Assembly (NCBI GenBank): GCA_964188305.1
Contig: OZ076887.1
Reading direction: 5' to 3' (one strand)
DNA from: Podarcis bocagei
Taxonomy: Eukaryota
Length of the DNA stretch: 64,000 nt
Positions within the stretch are counted from its first letter, which is position 1. Each line of letters starts with the position of its first letter. A model generated the notes under the pieces. That model was given only the letters and a program-made list of their open reading frames with translations, was not told the DNA's origin and ran no database searches. The translations under genes and the position numbers were made by a program. Positions 12,673-22,762 of the stretch are shown here, piece by piece.

Positions 12673-13365
12673 GATGTCCAGTAACAAGGCTATACACAAT
12701 ATTGCTCTTGCCAGCTTGTCAATTAGTCTCCCAGCTCGTTCTCCTACTTAAGCCTTCCGTTCATTCCAGTGTGCAGAACTAATTGCACCCCACCAACAGG
12801 TTAGATACATCAAGGAATACCTCCCACTGGAGTGTAGGCCATGGTGCTATCAGGGCAGGACTTTAGGGCAGAAGTCCAGGACCCCACTCAGCAGAAAAAG
12901 AAGGGCCCTCAAATGAAGCACAGCTGGCTTGTCACACTGGAAAGTCATTCACATAACCATCCAAAAAAGTAGAGGGAGATGTGTAAGCCCAGCCCAGAGC
13001 AGTTAGTGTGGAGGACTGGTGGCATTTACCTGACTTCACGCTACCAGCGTTACCGTGCTTTACTGGGAGGGAGGTGGGAAGTGGTGGGTAGGTCGTTGCA
13101 GTGCAAACACACTGGCAGGAACAGCAGATTTTCGCATGGCTGCCAATGCTGTGGCAGAGACAATCTCCCCACCACCTACCCCATCACATGGTAAGATGAA
13201 ACTATGCAGGTGACAAGAGGTGAGGAAAGGACTGCTCCTCCCGCTTTTCATGGAGCACTACTGGTCCAGAGTGTAAATATTACTGAGCTGCTGCCATTTC
13301 CAGTAACTGCCCAACCCAACAAAATCATGAGAAGCACAAGTCAATTTATATAAAAAATAAAATAC

Positions 13366-13371
13366 TTTATT
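13366..13371 (-). terminator. CCN2 polyadenylation signal AATAAA
   Basis: Canonical hexamer just after the conserved gcacctttctagttg block and followed by U-rich sequence. Confidence 0.85.
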
Positions 13372-13800
13372 TTTTTTCCAACTAGAAAGGTGCAGACATG
13401 TAACTTTTGGTCACACTTCTCAACAGGTAACAAAACTGTTCCCAGGTGGAAAGATTGGTCAGCTAACAAATAAGCCACTCATTTCGCTACAGTCCATGTA
13501 CGTTCATTAAGGCAGAGAGAATCCGATTTCCCTCTCCTTGTCCTTGATTTGATGATGAGCTTCGCAAGGACTCTGCTGGTGCATCTTGTTCAGCGAAGCA
13601 TCACTTCATTTCACTGCAACACCCAACCCCACTAACTGAACTTCCCAAAGAGAATCTATTTCATGTGTTAAATGAATGCATTGGATTGTATTTGAATGAT
13701 AAAGCCTTGAATTGTAAAAAAAAGATGAGGCTAACACTGATGTATCAAAGCATTAACACAAAAGGGAATAAAACTTTAAATTAACTTAGATGACTGTACA

Positions 13801-13853
13801 ATATATATATATATGTACACACACACACAAACACACACACACATACACACACA
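13801..13853. repeat. (AT)n-(AC)n compound microsatellite in the CCN2 3'UTR
   Basis: Direct reading. Confidence 0.95.
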
Positions 13854-14458
13854 ACAGTATTTACAAGATCGTAATATTACAATATTAATTAAAAAAAATC
13901 TAGCTTGTGGCAGGCAAATCCATTGCCACAAGCTGTCCAGTCTAATTCCGATTCATTCTGAACAAACCATTTGAATCAGAACTTCAAAGCAAAATTATTG
14001 CTGTTCTAACAGAACACAATTACTTAGCACCTTGCTGGGTGAGAATTTCCAGTCCAGCACCTACCATCACAGAAACCTGTGACAGTAGCCTTGCTAAGCG
14101 TCCTTTCTGATTGCACTATTTGGTGGAAGACATGCTAACACACCATGAAAAGGCTGCACGAGATGGCACATGTCCCCTTAAGTAATCCCTATACACCACC
14201 CCCATATACTCTGTTCTGAGGCGCAATTTCATTGTCGTTCCTCACTGTCCATCTTATTATTACTATTTTTCCTTCAAACCAATGTTTGGGGTCAATAGAC
14301 AGTTTTGTCTGAAATCACATAGAACATTCTGCTTTTTGTTTCCCCCCGAAAAGCAGACATTTAAATACCTTGTGCTATCGAATCACGTTTTACAAAATGA
14401 GATGCAAATTATTAAGTTCAAGTTGACCGTCAAGTTTTTCAAAGTCTCTTTTTGGGCT

Positions 14459-14755
14459 TTATGCCATGTCTCCGTACATCTTCCTGGAGTAGACCGACTC
14501 AAAGATGTCGTTGTCTCCAGGGCAGTTGTAGTGACACGCACAGGTCTTGATAAACATCATCCTCTTCTTCATGACTTCCCCGTCGGGACACTTGAATTCC
14601 ACAGGGAGGGTGGCTGTTCTGTGAGGGGTGCAGCACCGGCCATCGGTGCAGACGCCACAGAACTTGGCCCGGTAGGTCTTCACGCTGGTGCAGCCAGACA
14701 GCTCAAACTTGATAGGCTTGGAGAACTTGGGAGTACGAATGCACTTCTTTCCCTT
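14459..14755 (-). CDS. CCN2: CCN2 exon 5 coding part (C-terminal cystine knot)
   Basis: Acceptor ctctcaacag|AAG; KGKKCIRTPK...FCGVCTDGRCCTPHRT...KTCACHYNCPGDNDIFESVYSRKMYGDMA*; 10 Cys; the MYGDMA end is characteristic of CCN2; 297 nt including TAA. Confidence 0.98.
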   Translation of the reverse strand, partial: KGKKCIRTPKFSKPIKFELSGCTSVKTYRAKFCGVCTDGRCCTPHRTATLPVEFKCPDGEVMKKRMMFIKTCACHYNCPGDNDIFESVYSRKMYGDMA

Positions 14756-15565
14756 CTGTTGAGAGAGGGAGAGAGAATTCATATGTTTACATATCAGCTA
14801 CACAAGGCTCCCATACACATTATCAAATATCTTAGTTTATCTCTATGTGTTATTTATTTTATAACTGTCCAATCTTACACGTATTACTGTGGAACCAGAC
14901 TCAGTTGAGATGAAGCCATGAGTTGTGGCTTACTTGCCCCACTGATTTAAGTGAGGCCTAAATTCAGCGAATTTAGCCTGCATACATCTCACTTGGTACA
15001 ATCCAACCAGTGTAAGCACTTTGTATGTCCCACTGGTAGAGCTAAGCAAACACACAATGAAGTCAATGATACCTAAGGATCTTAAATCTGGTTAGATTAT
15101 GCCTAGTAGGTATAAATGGAGTCTTGCTTACTTCAGTGGCATTTCCATCCACATATATCAGATTGTTCATGCCTAGTTCTCTTGAAAGTTTCACTCACAT
15201 TCATTAAGATCAACTCAAGGAACAACAACAGCCCTGTACAATGCATTCCCCCCAGTGTTGTATCCAATGATGGCTTTGCCTTAGAGAGAAGTATTTCCTC
15301 TCCCTCAAGGCAGGGCACCGGATGTTCACTGAGCTCTCTAGCCCACTTAATCCCCCTGCCTCCTCTTCCTTAGAAGCTGGTTGTGGGGCCCATTGAAACA
15401 GAATGGGACAATTATGCTGTAATTAGGTGGGGGAAGAGAATTTGAGTGAAAGCATGTTCCATTTAGGCCAAACCACTGGTGGATACAAACCCTTGTTCAT
15501 AGCCACCAAGTGGATCTTAACAGTCACTATGTAGAAGTGCTCTAGCAAAGTGGACCCCTATTTAC

Positions 15566-15777
15566 CTTGATGCTTTCCTCTAGGTCTGCTTCACATGGCC
15601 TCACCATGCAAAGCCTGCTTTGCTTCTCCAGTCTGCAGTGGGCATTGTCATTGGTGACTCTGGTGGAGATGCCCATTCCGCAAGTCTTGGAGCAGGCACT
15701 CCATTCAGTGGTCTGGACCAGGCAGTTGGCACGCATCATGGATAGGTCAGGTCCATAAGTGTCTTCCAGTCTATAAG
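15566..15777 (-). CDS. CCN2: CCN2 exon 4 (TSP1 domain)
   Basis: Acceptor tttttccag|CT; [45 protein letters not shown]...[12 protein letters not shown]; WSxCSxTCG motif, 6 Cys; donor AAG|GTAAAT; 212 nt. Confidence 0.98.
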
Positions 15778-15946
15778 CTGGAAAAAGAATAACAGAAAGG
15801 ATTAGATTCTAGCACTAAGAGCTCATTCAGAAGGCACAGAATCCATTGATGGAGATCACAGCATGGTTAAGGCAAGCAAACTCCAGAAAGTGCCCTGTGT
15901 AGGCTATCAACATGGAGAGGGGCATTGAGAGAGCAAACCTACTCAC

Positions 15947-16204
15947 CAGCAAGAGCAGGTCCAACTGCAGTCTGTTCTTTGTCTTTGGGCTCATCACACA
16001 CCCATTCCTCGCAGCATTTGCCTGGCAGCTTCACGGTTCGTGGGTAAGGGCAGTCGGGGCTGGGCAGGCGAACACCCATGCTGCAGAGAGGCACACAGCC
16101 CACAGCCCCGTCCAGGCAAGTGCATCGGTATTTGCAGCTGCTCTGGAAAGACTCTCCGCTCCTGTAAACCATGCCTCCAAAGACACAGGGGGCGCCGTCC
16201 CTTG
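15947..16204 (-). CDS. CCN2: CCN2 exon 3 (VWC domain and hinge)
   Basis: Acceptor tttgcag|CA; ARDGAPCVFGGMVYRSGESFQSSCKYRCTCLDGAVGC...GKCCEEWVCDEPKDKEQTAVGPALA; 10 Cys; donor G|GTGAGT; 258 nt, phase 1-1. Confidence 0.98.
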
Positions 16205-16660
16205 CTGCAAACAGAAAAGAGGAGCCATTCATTAAAAACAACAACCCTAGAGTGACAAAGGAGCCTAGATTTCAGCAGCTCTGCCTACACATAAGGAAAG
16301 CTACTGAACTAACTACATTTGGGCATGCAAGGATGGACTCCTGTCCTTGGATCTGCCACCTTTGGGCACACTGGGGCTCTGATGTCTTTAACAGCTGTGC
16401 AACAGGCAGAAATTCAACAGGGGAAGCTTTCTCTTGCTTGCTAGAGGAGACTGAAAGCCCCCCAGACCTGCACCAATCTCTTCCATACACAAAGGGTGCT
16501 TTTTGTTTTAAGGCTGGCTGAAGGAAGGGAAAGTATCTTAGGAAACAAAAAGCTGGAAGAGCGTCACTTTTCCAGGCACTAGAAGGGATTCCTCTCTGGA
16601 CCTTCTCTGCTTCAACCCTGCTCGCCGCTTCCCCCTAGAGTCAAAACTCCGGGTACTCAC

Positions 16661-16880
16661 CGGTGCAGACGCCGATCTTCCGGTTGGCCGGGGAGCCGAA
16701 GTCGCAGAAGAGCCCCTTGTGGGGGTCGCAGGGGTCTCTCTCGGTGCACAGCTCGCCCAGCTGCTTGGCGCACACCCGGCAGCACCCGCAGCCGTCTTGC
16801 ACCAGGCTGACGCCGGGCGGGCACTCGGGGGGCGCGGAGTCGCACTGGCATTGCCCACTGCAGTCTTGGCCGGCCACGTC
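16661..16880 (-). CDS. CCN2: CCN2 exon 2 (IGFBP domain)
   Basis: Acceptor cccccag|GAC; DVAGQDCSGQCQC...GCGCCRVCAKQLGELC...KIGVCT with 12 Cys and the GCGCCxxC motif; donor G|GTGAGT; 220 nt. Confidence 0.98.
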
Positions 16881-17052
16881 CTGGGGGGACACGGAGGGGG
16901 GACAGAGGGGTCAGGATCGGACGGAGCAGGCGGAGCAGGCGGAGAGACGGGAAGCCAAGAAGAGGTCTCGGCTCCGCAGCCAGCCACCCAGCGCCCCTGA
17001 TCCCGCCAAGCCAAGCTTGGCCCCCGTCGAGGCCGAGTGCAGGGAGACTTAC

Positions 17053-17118
17053 CCGGCTCCAGAGGGCGACGACGAGCGCCAAGGCGAAGCTGCGAAGGAG
17101 TCCCATCCTTGCCAGCAT
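17053..17118 (-). CDS. CCN2: CCN2/CTGF coding exon 1 (signal peptide MLARMGLLRSFALALVVALWSR)
   Basis: ATG at 17118-17116; 22 codons with a hydrophobic core; donor CGG|GTAAGT at 17052; phase 0. Confidence 0.96.
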
Positions 17119-17345
17119 GTTCAGGGCGAGAGAGACGACGGCAAAAGCTGCGCGGAAGCGGAGGGGCTCCTGGTCCGGACGAGGGCTCGCAAAATCTCCC
17201 TGCCTTGGGGCGAGAGAGGGTCGCTGCTGTCCTATCTGGCTTCGCTGGGTGCAGCCTTCGTGGGAAAGCGCCTTCCTTTGGTGCGGAGTCCGCTGGCCTG
17301 TCTTGTTCTCCGTCTTGGGAGCAGAGGAAGGTGGTTCGGTCTGAG
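17119..17345 (-). other. CCN2: CCN2 5'UTR (TSS estimated from TATA position)
   Basis: GC-rich, no upstream ATG on the minus strand; TSS placed ~25-30 nt downstream of the TATA box. Confidence 0.7.
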
Positions 17346-17368
17346 TCTCAAGCAGGCGGCCCGGCGCT

Positions 17369-17375
17369 TTTTATA
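17369..17375 (-). promoter_or_regulatory. TATA box (TATAAAA)
   Basis: gagtgTATAAAAagcg on the minus strand, ~255 nt upstream of the ATG. Confidence 0.92.
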
Positions 17376-17397
17376 CACTCCCGGCGCCCGGGACGCG

Positions 17398-17535
17398 CCA
17401 ATCGGCTGAATGGAGTCCTACACAAACAGCGACATTCCTGACATTCTTCTCCACCTTCCTGCCTCATCAACTCACACCGGATTGATCCTGACCCCTTGAC
17501 ACTCCGCATTCCTCCTGTCTGAAAAAGCTGGCGCA
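17398..17535 (-). promoter_or_regulatory. CCN2 proximal promoter: CCAAT (17398-17402), TEAD motifs (17433-17438, 17442-17447, 17507-17512), BCE-1/TbRE GTGTCAAGGGGTC (17490-17502), Smad element CAGAC (17517-17521)
   Basis: Motifs read directly; their order matches the known YAP/TEAD- and TGF-beta-responsive mammalian CTGF promoter. Confidence 0.9.
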
Positions 17536-17693
17536 CTTCAGCGCACAAAAAAGGCGCTGTATTTTTCACCATCGAAAAAGAAGAAGAGGGGAGGGGAAAA
17601 AAGGGGGGGGGGACTTTTCTCCCGCTCCCAGCCTAGATTCTTCCCACCACCACAGACCTGATTTATAGGACTTAAAAATACGTCTCTTTTGGA

Positions 17694-17697
<4 letters not shown>

Positions 17698-17771
<74 letters not shown>
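17698..17771. repeat. (TC)n(AC)n compound microsatellite ~350-430 bp upstream of the CCN2 TSS
   Basis: Direct reading. Confidence 0.97.
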
Positions 17772-18538
17772 CTTTTTCAAAGGAATGGACCAGGATTTCA
17801 CACACACAAAAATCGCCCTCCAAATTGCATAAATCATATGTAAAGACACCTCCAGACCAAAGAAGAAAAGGATGAAATTATTTATTTCTTGGAAAGTATT
17901 ATGATTTATAATAATAATCAGGGATCACATCTGAGACATTTCCAGTTTTAAGTTTACAGGATCCACAAGAAAGTGCTTGCAAAAACTTTTGTGAAGGTGG
18001 AGTTCCACTTAATGGAAAATGTGAACCAAATGAATGGATTCTGTTAAAAAACATTGCCTCCGATCCCATCCAAACACTTGCTCCCCCCCTCCCATTTGAG
18101 TTTTTCCACATGTGCTTTATGAACAAACGCATGAATGGATTAAAAGCTGAAATCATACAGTGTATTTGGAAACAAGATTCACCTCCCCTACACTTGCTGA
18201 GAATATTCCATTGAGCCAATAAAATCCATGTGTGGAAACAATAAAAAAAGACTGTGTTCTGTACTAGGTAAGGGCAATAAACCCTAAGAGGCTGTTGTCT
18301 GAGACACACCTGGGAGTATGCCTCATTGAACTCAGCAGGGCTTACAACTTAGTAGACAGATTGTGCTTTAAGAACCCTGTTTATAAAACTTTTGCATTGC
18401 TCTTTGTGTGAGAGAGGGAGAGGACAGAGAGAGTGCGTCCACATTCCTTGTGATGGGAAGGGGTTCCATCTGCTTCTTCTCTTGATATTAATAGGGAGTG
18501 CCTATAGGGGGCATTGGTAGCTGGATGTTAACAGTGAA

Positions 18539-18772
18539 GTACACTTAACTGAGTGCATAAACACATAGTGGACTGTGGTACTTCTATTTCTCTGCATCTA
18601 TTAAGATCTGTCAAGCACATCTGTGTGATGCACAACTGGAATGAATGGGCATAGCACATCAGCAGTACTTGATGTGCATCACACAGATGTGCTTGATAGA
18701 TCTTAACAGATCCAGAGAAATGTAAGTACCACAGACCATCATGTGTTTGTTTATGCACTCAGTTAAGTGCAC
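18539..18772. repeat. Long inverted repeat (~96/100-bp arms, 38-nt spacer)
   Basis: Arm 18539-18634 is the near reverse complement of 18673-18772; the inner 24 bp are perfect. Confidence 0.95.
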
Positions 18773-20875
18773 ATTGCTGGGGAATAAACTCCGAAACAGC
18801 TCCATTTCTTCCAATGGGGCTACTCTGGAGTAAATTGGTTGGAGTTTAGTGTCATTGACTGAATTCCCTAGCAATGTGAATGGCAAATGTTCTGCTGGGC
18901 TTAATAGGTGTCAACTTGGTCCCTTCTACACCTCCAAGATACAGTCTCTCTTTCTAGCTGGACTCCTTCCAGAGCAACAGGTAAGAATGTGTGACACGAT
19001 TCATCTCCTGCCATTAGTGAGGAGCAGAGAGTTTAAGTGGGGGGAGGGGATATGTCCGGGGGGCGGCTGGTGGGGAGAGGTTGCCAGGATGGTTGCTAGG
19101 AACAAGCCTGGGAATTTTCCTTTCCATTTCCTTTTTATCTGGCCAAGAAGCCTGACAGTTTTCTGCAGATTTCTTCAGACGCTCATGATTGACTTTCTGG
19201 CTGTTACCACCACCCCACCTCCTTAACAACTTGGTGTGCTTTCTACAACAACAACAACAAAACAAAATAAAAAATATTTGGGGATGTTTCTTATTATATC
19301 ACCTAAAGCAATATATTATGCAGTGTCTGCTTTGCAATTGACTGTGGACCACTGAATCATCCTGGGATATTTTCCCTAATAAGTACTTTCTATGAATAGA
19401 GAGAGGGAAAGGGAGACTATTTGCCCTGAAATTCTTGGCAGAATCAAGTGAGGCAGAATGGAAGATGTGGCTCCACTTTTCCCACTGCGTATGTACTAGT
19501 CATTCGTAAGCAAGACATTCCACCCAAGCACTTTTGGGCTCCTTAAACTTTCCCCCCAGTGCCTAAGCAAACAAAATAATAAAAAAAGAGAACCCACGGT
19601 ATTTGTTGTTTAATGGCACAGATAGAGAGATGCTTTATTACGTTTCCCAGCTTGCTCTTCCTCAAAGAGCAGTGCGGCAAACACCGTTCCTCTCCCCATT
19701 TGATCGTCACATCAGCCCAGTGAGGCACATTAGGCTAGGAAATTGTGGCTCGTTTCAGTTTACCCAATAAGCTTTGCAGCTGAGCAGAGACCTGAATCTG
19801 GGATTCAGTTAAGTTTGTGCATAGGCAACACAGAACTGGTCCCCTGTCCCAGGGGTGGATCTACTATGAAACTAATGGATCTCAAACATTAGGGTCCCTA
19901 ATCCCAGAAGGGCCCCAGAAGTGACTTTAGTCCATATTGCTTTTTTAAAAAGGGTCTAGTAGACCCCCATTTGAGTGGCACAACTCAAAGTTATTATTTT
20001 TTGTGCATATTTCAACAATCCCAGTGTTTGAGAGCTAGTATTACAGATACAAAGGTCATGGGGCATCAATTTTAATCAAAATTTGACTCACAACCCCTCC
20101 CTCTTTACTGCCATAGTAGCTTTGTGATTGTCCGTAGTACTGTGTATAAATGAGATATTGTGCAGAAAGTTGTGCCCATCTCAGTGTTGGGGGTGGAATT
20201 AACAAAATATGGAAGCAGCACCAGTGATCTTCAATAATAATAATGATAATAATAATAATAATGCTAAAAAAGAGAGAAAAATCTGAGATGTAGTAGTTAA
20301 TGTGTATGTGGTGGGGTTTTTTTAAAGGTGGTAATCTGTCATGGGACAACCCCACCGAAGGAGACAGCAGCAGTTACCCAGAACTCATTGCTGGTTGTGA
20401 AGGGGCTCTCATGACACTCAAGCTTCAGGGTCCCTAAAATGTGGGTGTGCCATTGCCCTGTCCTCAGCTTGGAAGTTCATCAGAATGTTTGCACAAGTCA
20501 CAGTCTCTCAGCTGCTTAGCCTATACTACAGGGTTATTGGGAGGCTTGAACACTGCTCTGAAAATGGTTGGTACTGGAATTGGAAGGATTAGCCAGTTAC
20601 GGGCCTTTGAAGGTCTCTTGATAGTGGTTGTCAAACCCTATAGATCTGGCATTTGAAATTATATCCATATGTAGCAACCTGTGTCCTCCTCATCCATCCG
20701 TTTCAAAACTAGCATGCACAGGAGATGTTTCCAGTGAATTTGGCTTGCAATCTGTCCTCTCCTTCTCTACCACAGCATAATATAGGATGTAGCCTCTTTC
20801 CAATACCACATTGGTTTTGTATAAAATAAAACCACCCCTTTAGCAGGAAAACCCCCTATCTCATTTGTAAAAATC

Positions 20876-20885
20876 CCATAAAAGG
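20876..20885. promoter_or_regulatory. CArG box CCATAAAAGG (candidate SRF site)
   Basis: Perfect CC(A/T)6GG ~3.5 kb upstream of the TSS. Confidence 0.55.
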
Positions 20886-21073
20886 GAATTATGGTAAGTG
20901 ATACATATTTCCAAATTTATAAGGCATCCCAAAACCTCTATTTACTTGGACAGCTGCAAGCAAAAGGCTGCACTTACCCACTTCTGAGTAAATAATAGAC
21001 ACACCAAACTATGCATAACATGCTTACGAAAATGGAAACTTTACCAGGTAAACAGAATGCCGCTTAAAAATGC

Positions 21074-21083
21074 CCAAATATGG
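21074..21083. promoter_or_regulatory. CArG box CCAAATATGG (candidate SRF site)
   Basis: Perfect CC(A/T)6GG ~3.7 kb upstream of the TSS. Confidence 0.55.
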
Positions 21084-22306
21084 TAGATGATCTCTGGGAA
21101 GAGAAGGGTTTTTTAAATAAAATGATCATACTTACCGCAGACTCAGAAATGACTGTTTTGAAGGGCCAAAAGAAAAGGCTAGTAATTTAAGATGGCTTAT
21201 GCCAATGATCTGCACACTAGAGGGAAGGCAAAAATGAAGACTGCCAAATGGTGTGTGTGTGTGTATTCATCAATCATCTGCCTTGATGGACTGATTCATC
21301 AATCAGTTATATTTAAATAATTTCTAACGCGCTCACAAGAGGTGTGTTTTTGGGGGGTGCTGAGGCCCACTGAACTCAGTAGGACTTACTTCTGAGCAGG
21401 CAGGTATATTATAGAATTGCACCACATGTTGATTATAAATTAAAGCTTGCACCCCTGCCTTACAAATTCCCCTGTATAATTTAGGGTCCATTTGGCCACT
21501 TCAAATATGATCATTTCTAAGCATGAGCAAAAACATTCTACCCAAGTCATCCCAAGAAGAATTAAAATTTGGTGCACATCCTTGGAACCCAGCAACCGAT
21601 CCCTGGTCGAGCCGTTCTTAAAAGCCTGTTGGAATGTAGAGAGATATGCAAAATCCCATGAAAAGTGTGTGCGGTGGGGAAGGGATAGACTATGCAAAGC
21701 TGAATAAAAGCTTTATCTTTCATGAAGTTTGACTGGAAACCAGTGAGTTTTCCATACAAAAAAGATCTATAGCAACTGATTGTCGAAACAAAACAAAAAC
21801 TCCTAAAATACCATTTATCTAGTACTTTAGGGAGGGTGCTTCAAAATCATAGAATCATAAAAGCTGGATTCCTCAAAGCAACCTACTCTAATTCCCTGCT
21901 GATGCAGGAAAACCACAACAGCATCCCAAAGGGTTGGCCCCCAGAGTTTGCTTTAAAATCTCCTGTGAGAGCAGTTCGTTTCACTGTTGAATAGCCTATA
22001 CCACCAGGAATCTTCCTAATGTTGCACAGGAATAACAACTGGTGCTTTATTATGGGATACCATTTCGAACCTAAATCTGGTGTGTCTTTCATGGATCAGA
22101 AAGAAATTCAGTGGGCCTCATCTATATATTGTTTTGCTCCATATGTGGTTGTTGGGTTCTTTTAAAAAAACACCTCACCGAACATGTTGGGAGATGAACA
22201 GATTGGGGTGATGACAAAATATAAACTGTGGCCTGCATCACCAGCCTTTGTTTGGCCATGCCAAAGGAACTTCTGGCGCACCATCATTCATATTTACATA
22301 TACATA

Positions 22307-22553
22307 CAGTGGTACCTTGGTTTTCTTTTATATTTTTGAACGTAATCCGTTCCGGAAGACCATTCAGCTTCCGAAACGTTTGAAAACTGAGGCTTAAAGG
22401 GCAGTCTGCAAATTCAATAGAGAAAATTGAAGGGGAAAAAACTCAGCGGAAGCCATTGGACATCTGAAAACGGAAGCATTTACTTCCAGGTTTTCGGCGT
22501 TCGGAAACTGAAACGTTTGACTTCTGAGGTGTTCGAAAACCAAGGTTCCACTA
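22307..22553. mobile_element. Tc1/mariner MITE, family C
   Basis: TIRs CAGTGGTACCTTGGTTTTC / GAAAACCAAGGTTCCACTA; TA flanks; homologous to 36858-37099. Confidence 0.88.
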
Positions 22554-22564
22554 TATTTGTATAT

Positions 22565-22668
22565 GTTTGCCATCTGTTATGGATGCTTTAGTTGAGATTC
22601 CTGCATTGCAGGGGGTTGGACTAGATGACCCCATGGGTCCCTTCCAGCTCTAAGATTCTATGATTCTA
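22565..22668 (+). mobile_element. CR1 LINE 3' end
   Basis: cctgcattgcagggggttggactagatgacc...cccttccagctctaagattctatgattcta tail. Confidence 0.85.
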
Positions 22669-22673
22669 TATAC

Positions 22674-22746
<73 letters not shown>

Positions 22747-22762
22747 TATACATATACATACA
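22669..22762. repeat. (TACACA)n microsatellite adjoining the CR1 tail
   Basis: Direct reading. Confidence 0.95.

Larger units (their letters stand above)
13346..14458 (-). other. CCN2: CCN2 3'UTR (3' end approximate)
   Basis: Between the stop codon and AATAAA at 13371-13366; contains blocks resembling the recalled mammalian CCN2 3'UTR (e.g. gtgtgaccaaaagttacatg, gactggacagcttgtggcaa). Confidence 0.85.
16610..17560. promoter_or_regulatory. CpG island over the CCN2 promoter and exons 1-2
   Basis: Sharp rise in GC and CpG density against the CpG-depleted flanks. Confidence 0.88.

Noticed and set aside
14282-14908. 208-aa plus-strand ORF
   Set aside because: Antisense shadow of CCN2 exon 5 with no protein features.
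16663-17409. 248-aa plus-strand ORF (and other long ORFs) antisense to CCN2 exons 1-2
   Set aside because: It lies wholly in the GC-rich CpG island where stop codons are rare, has no recognisable domain, and is a shadow of the real gene.
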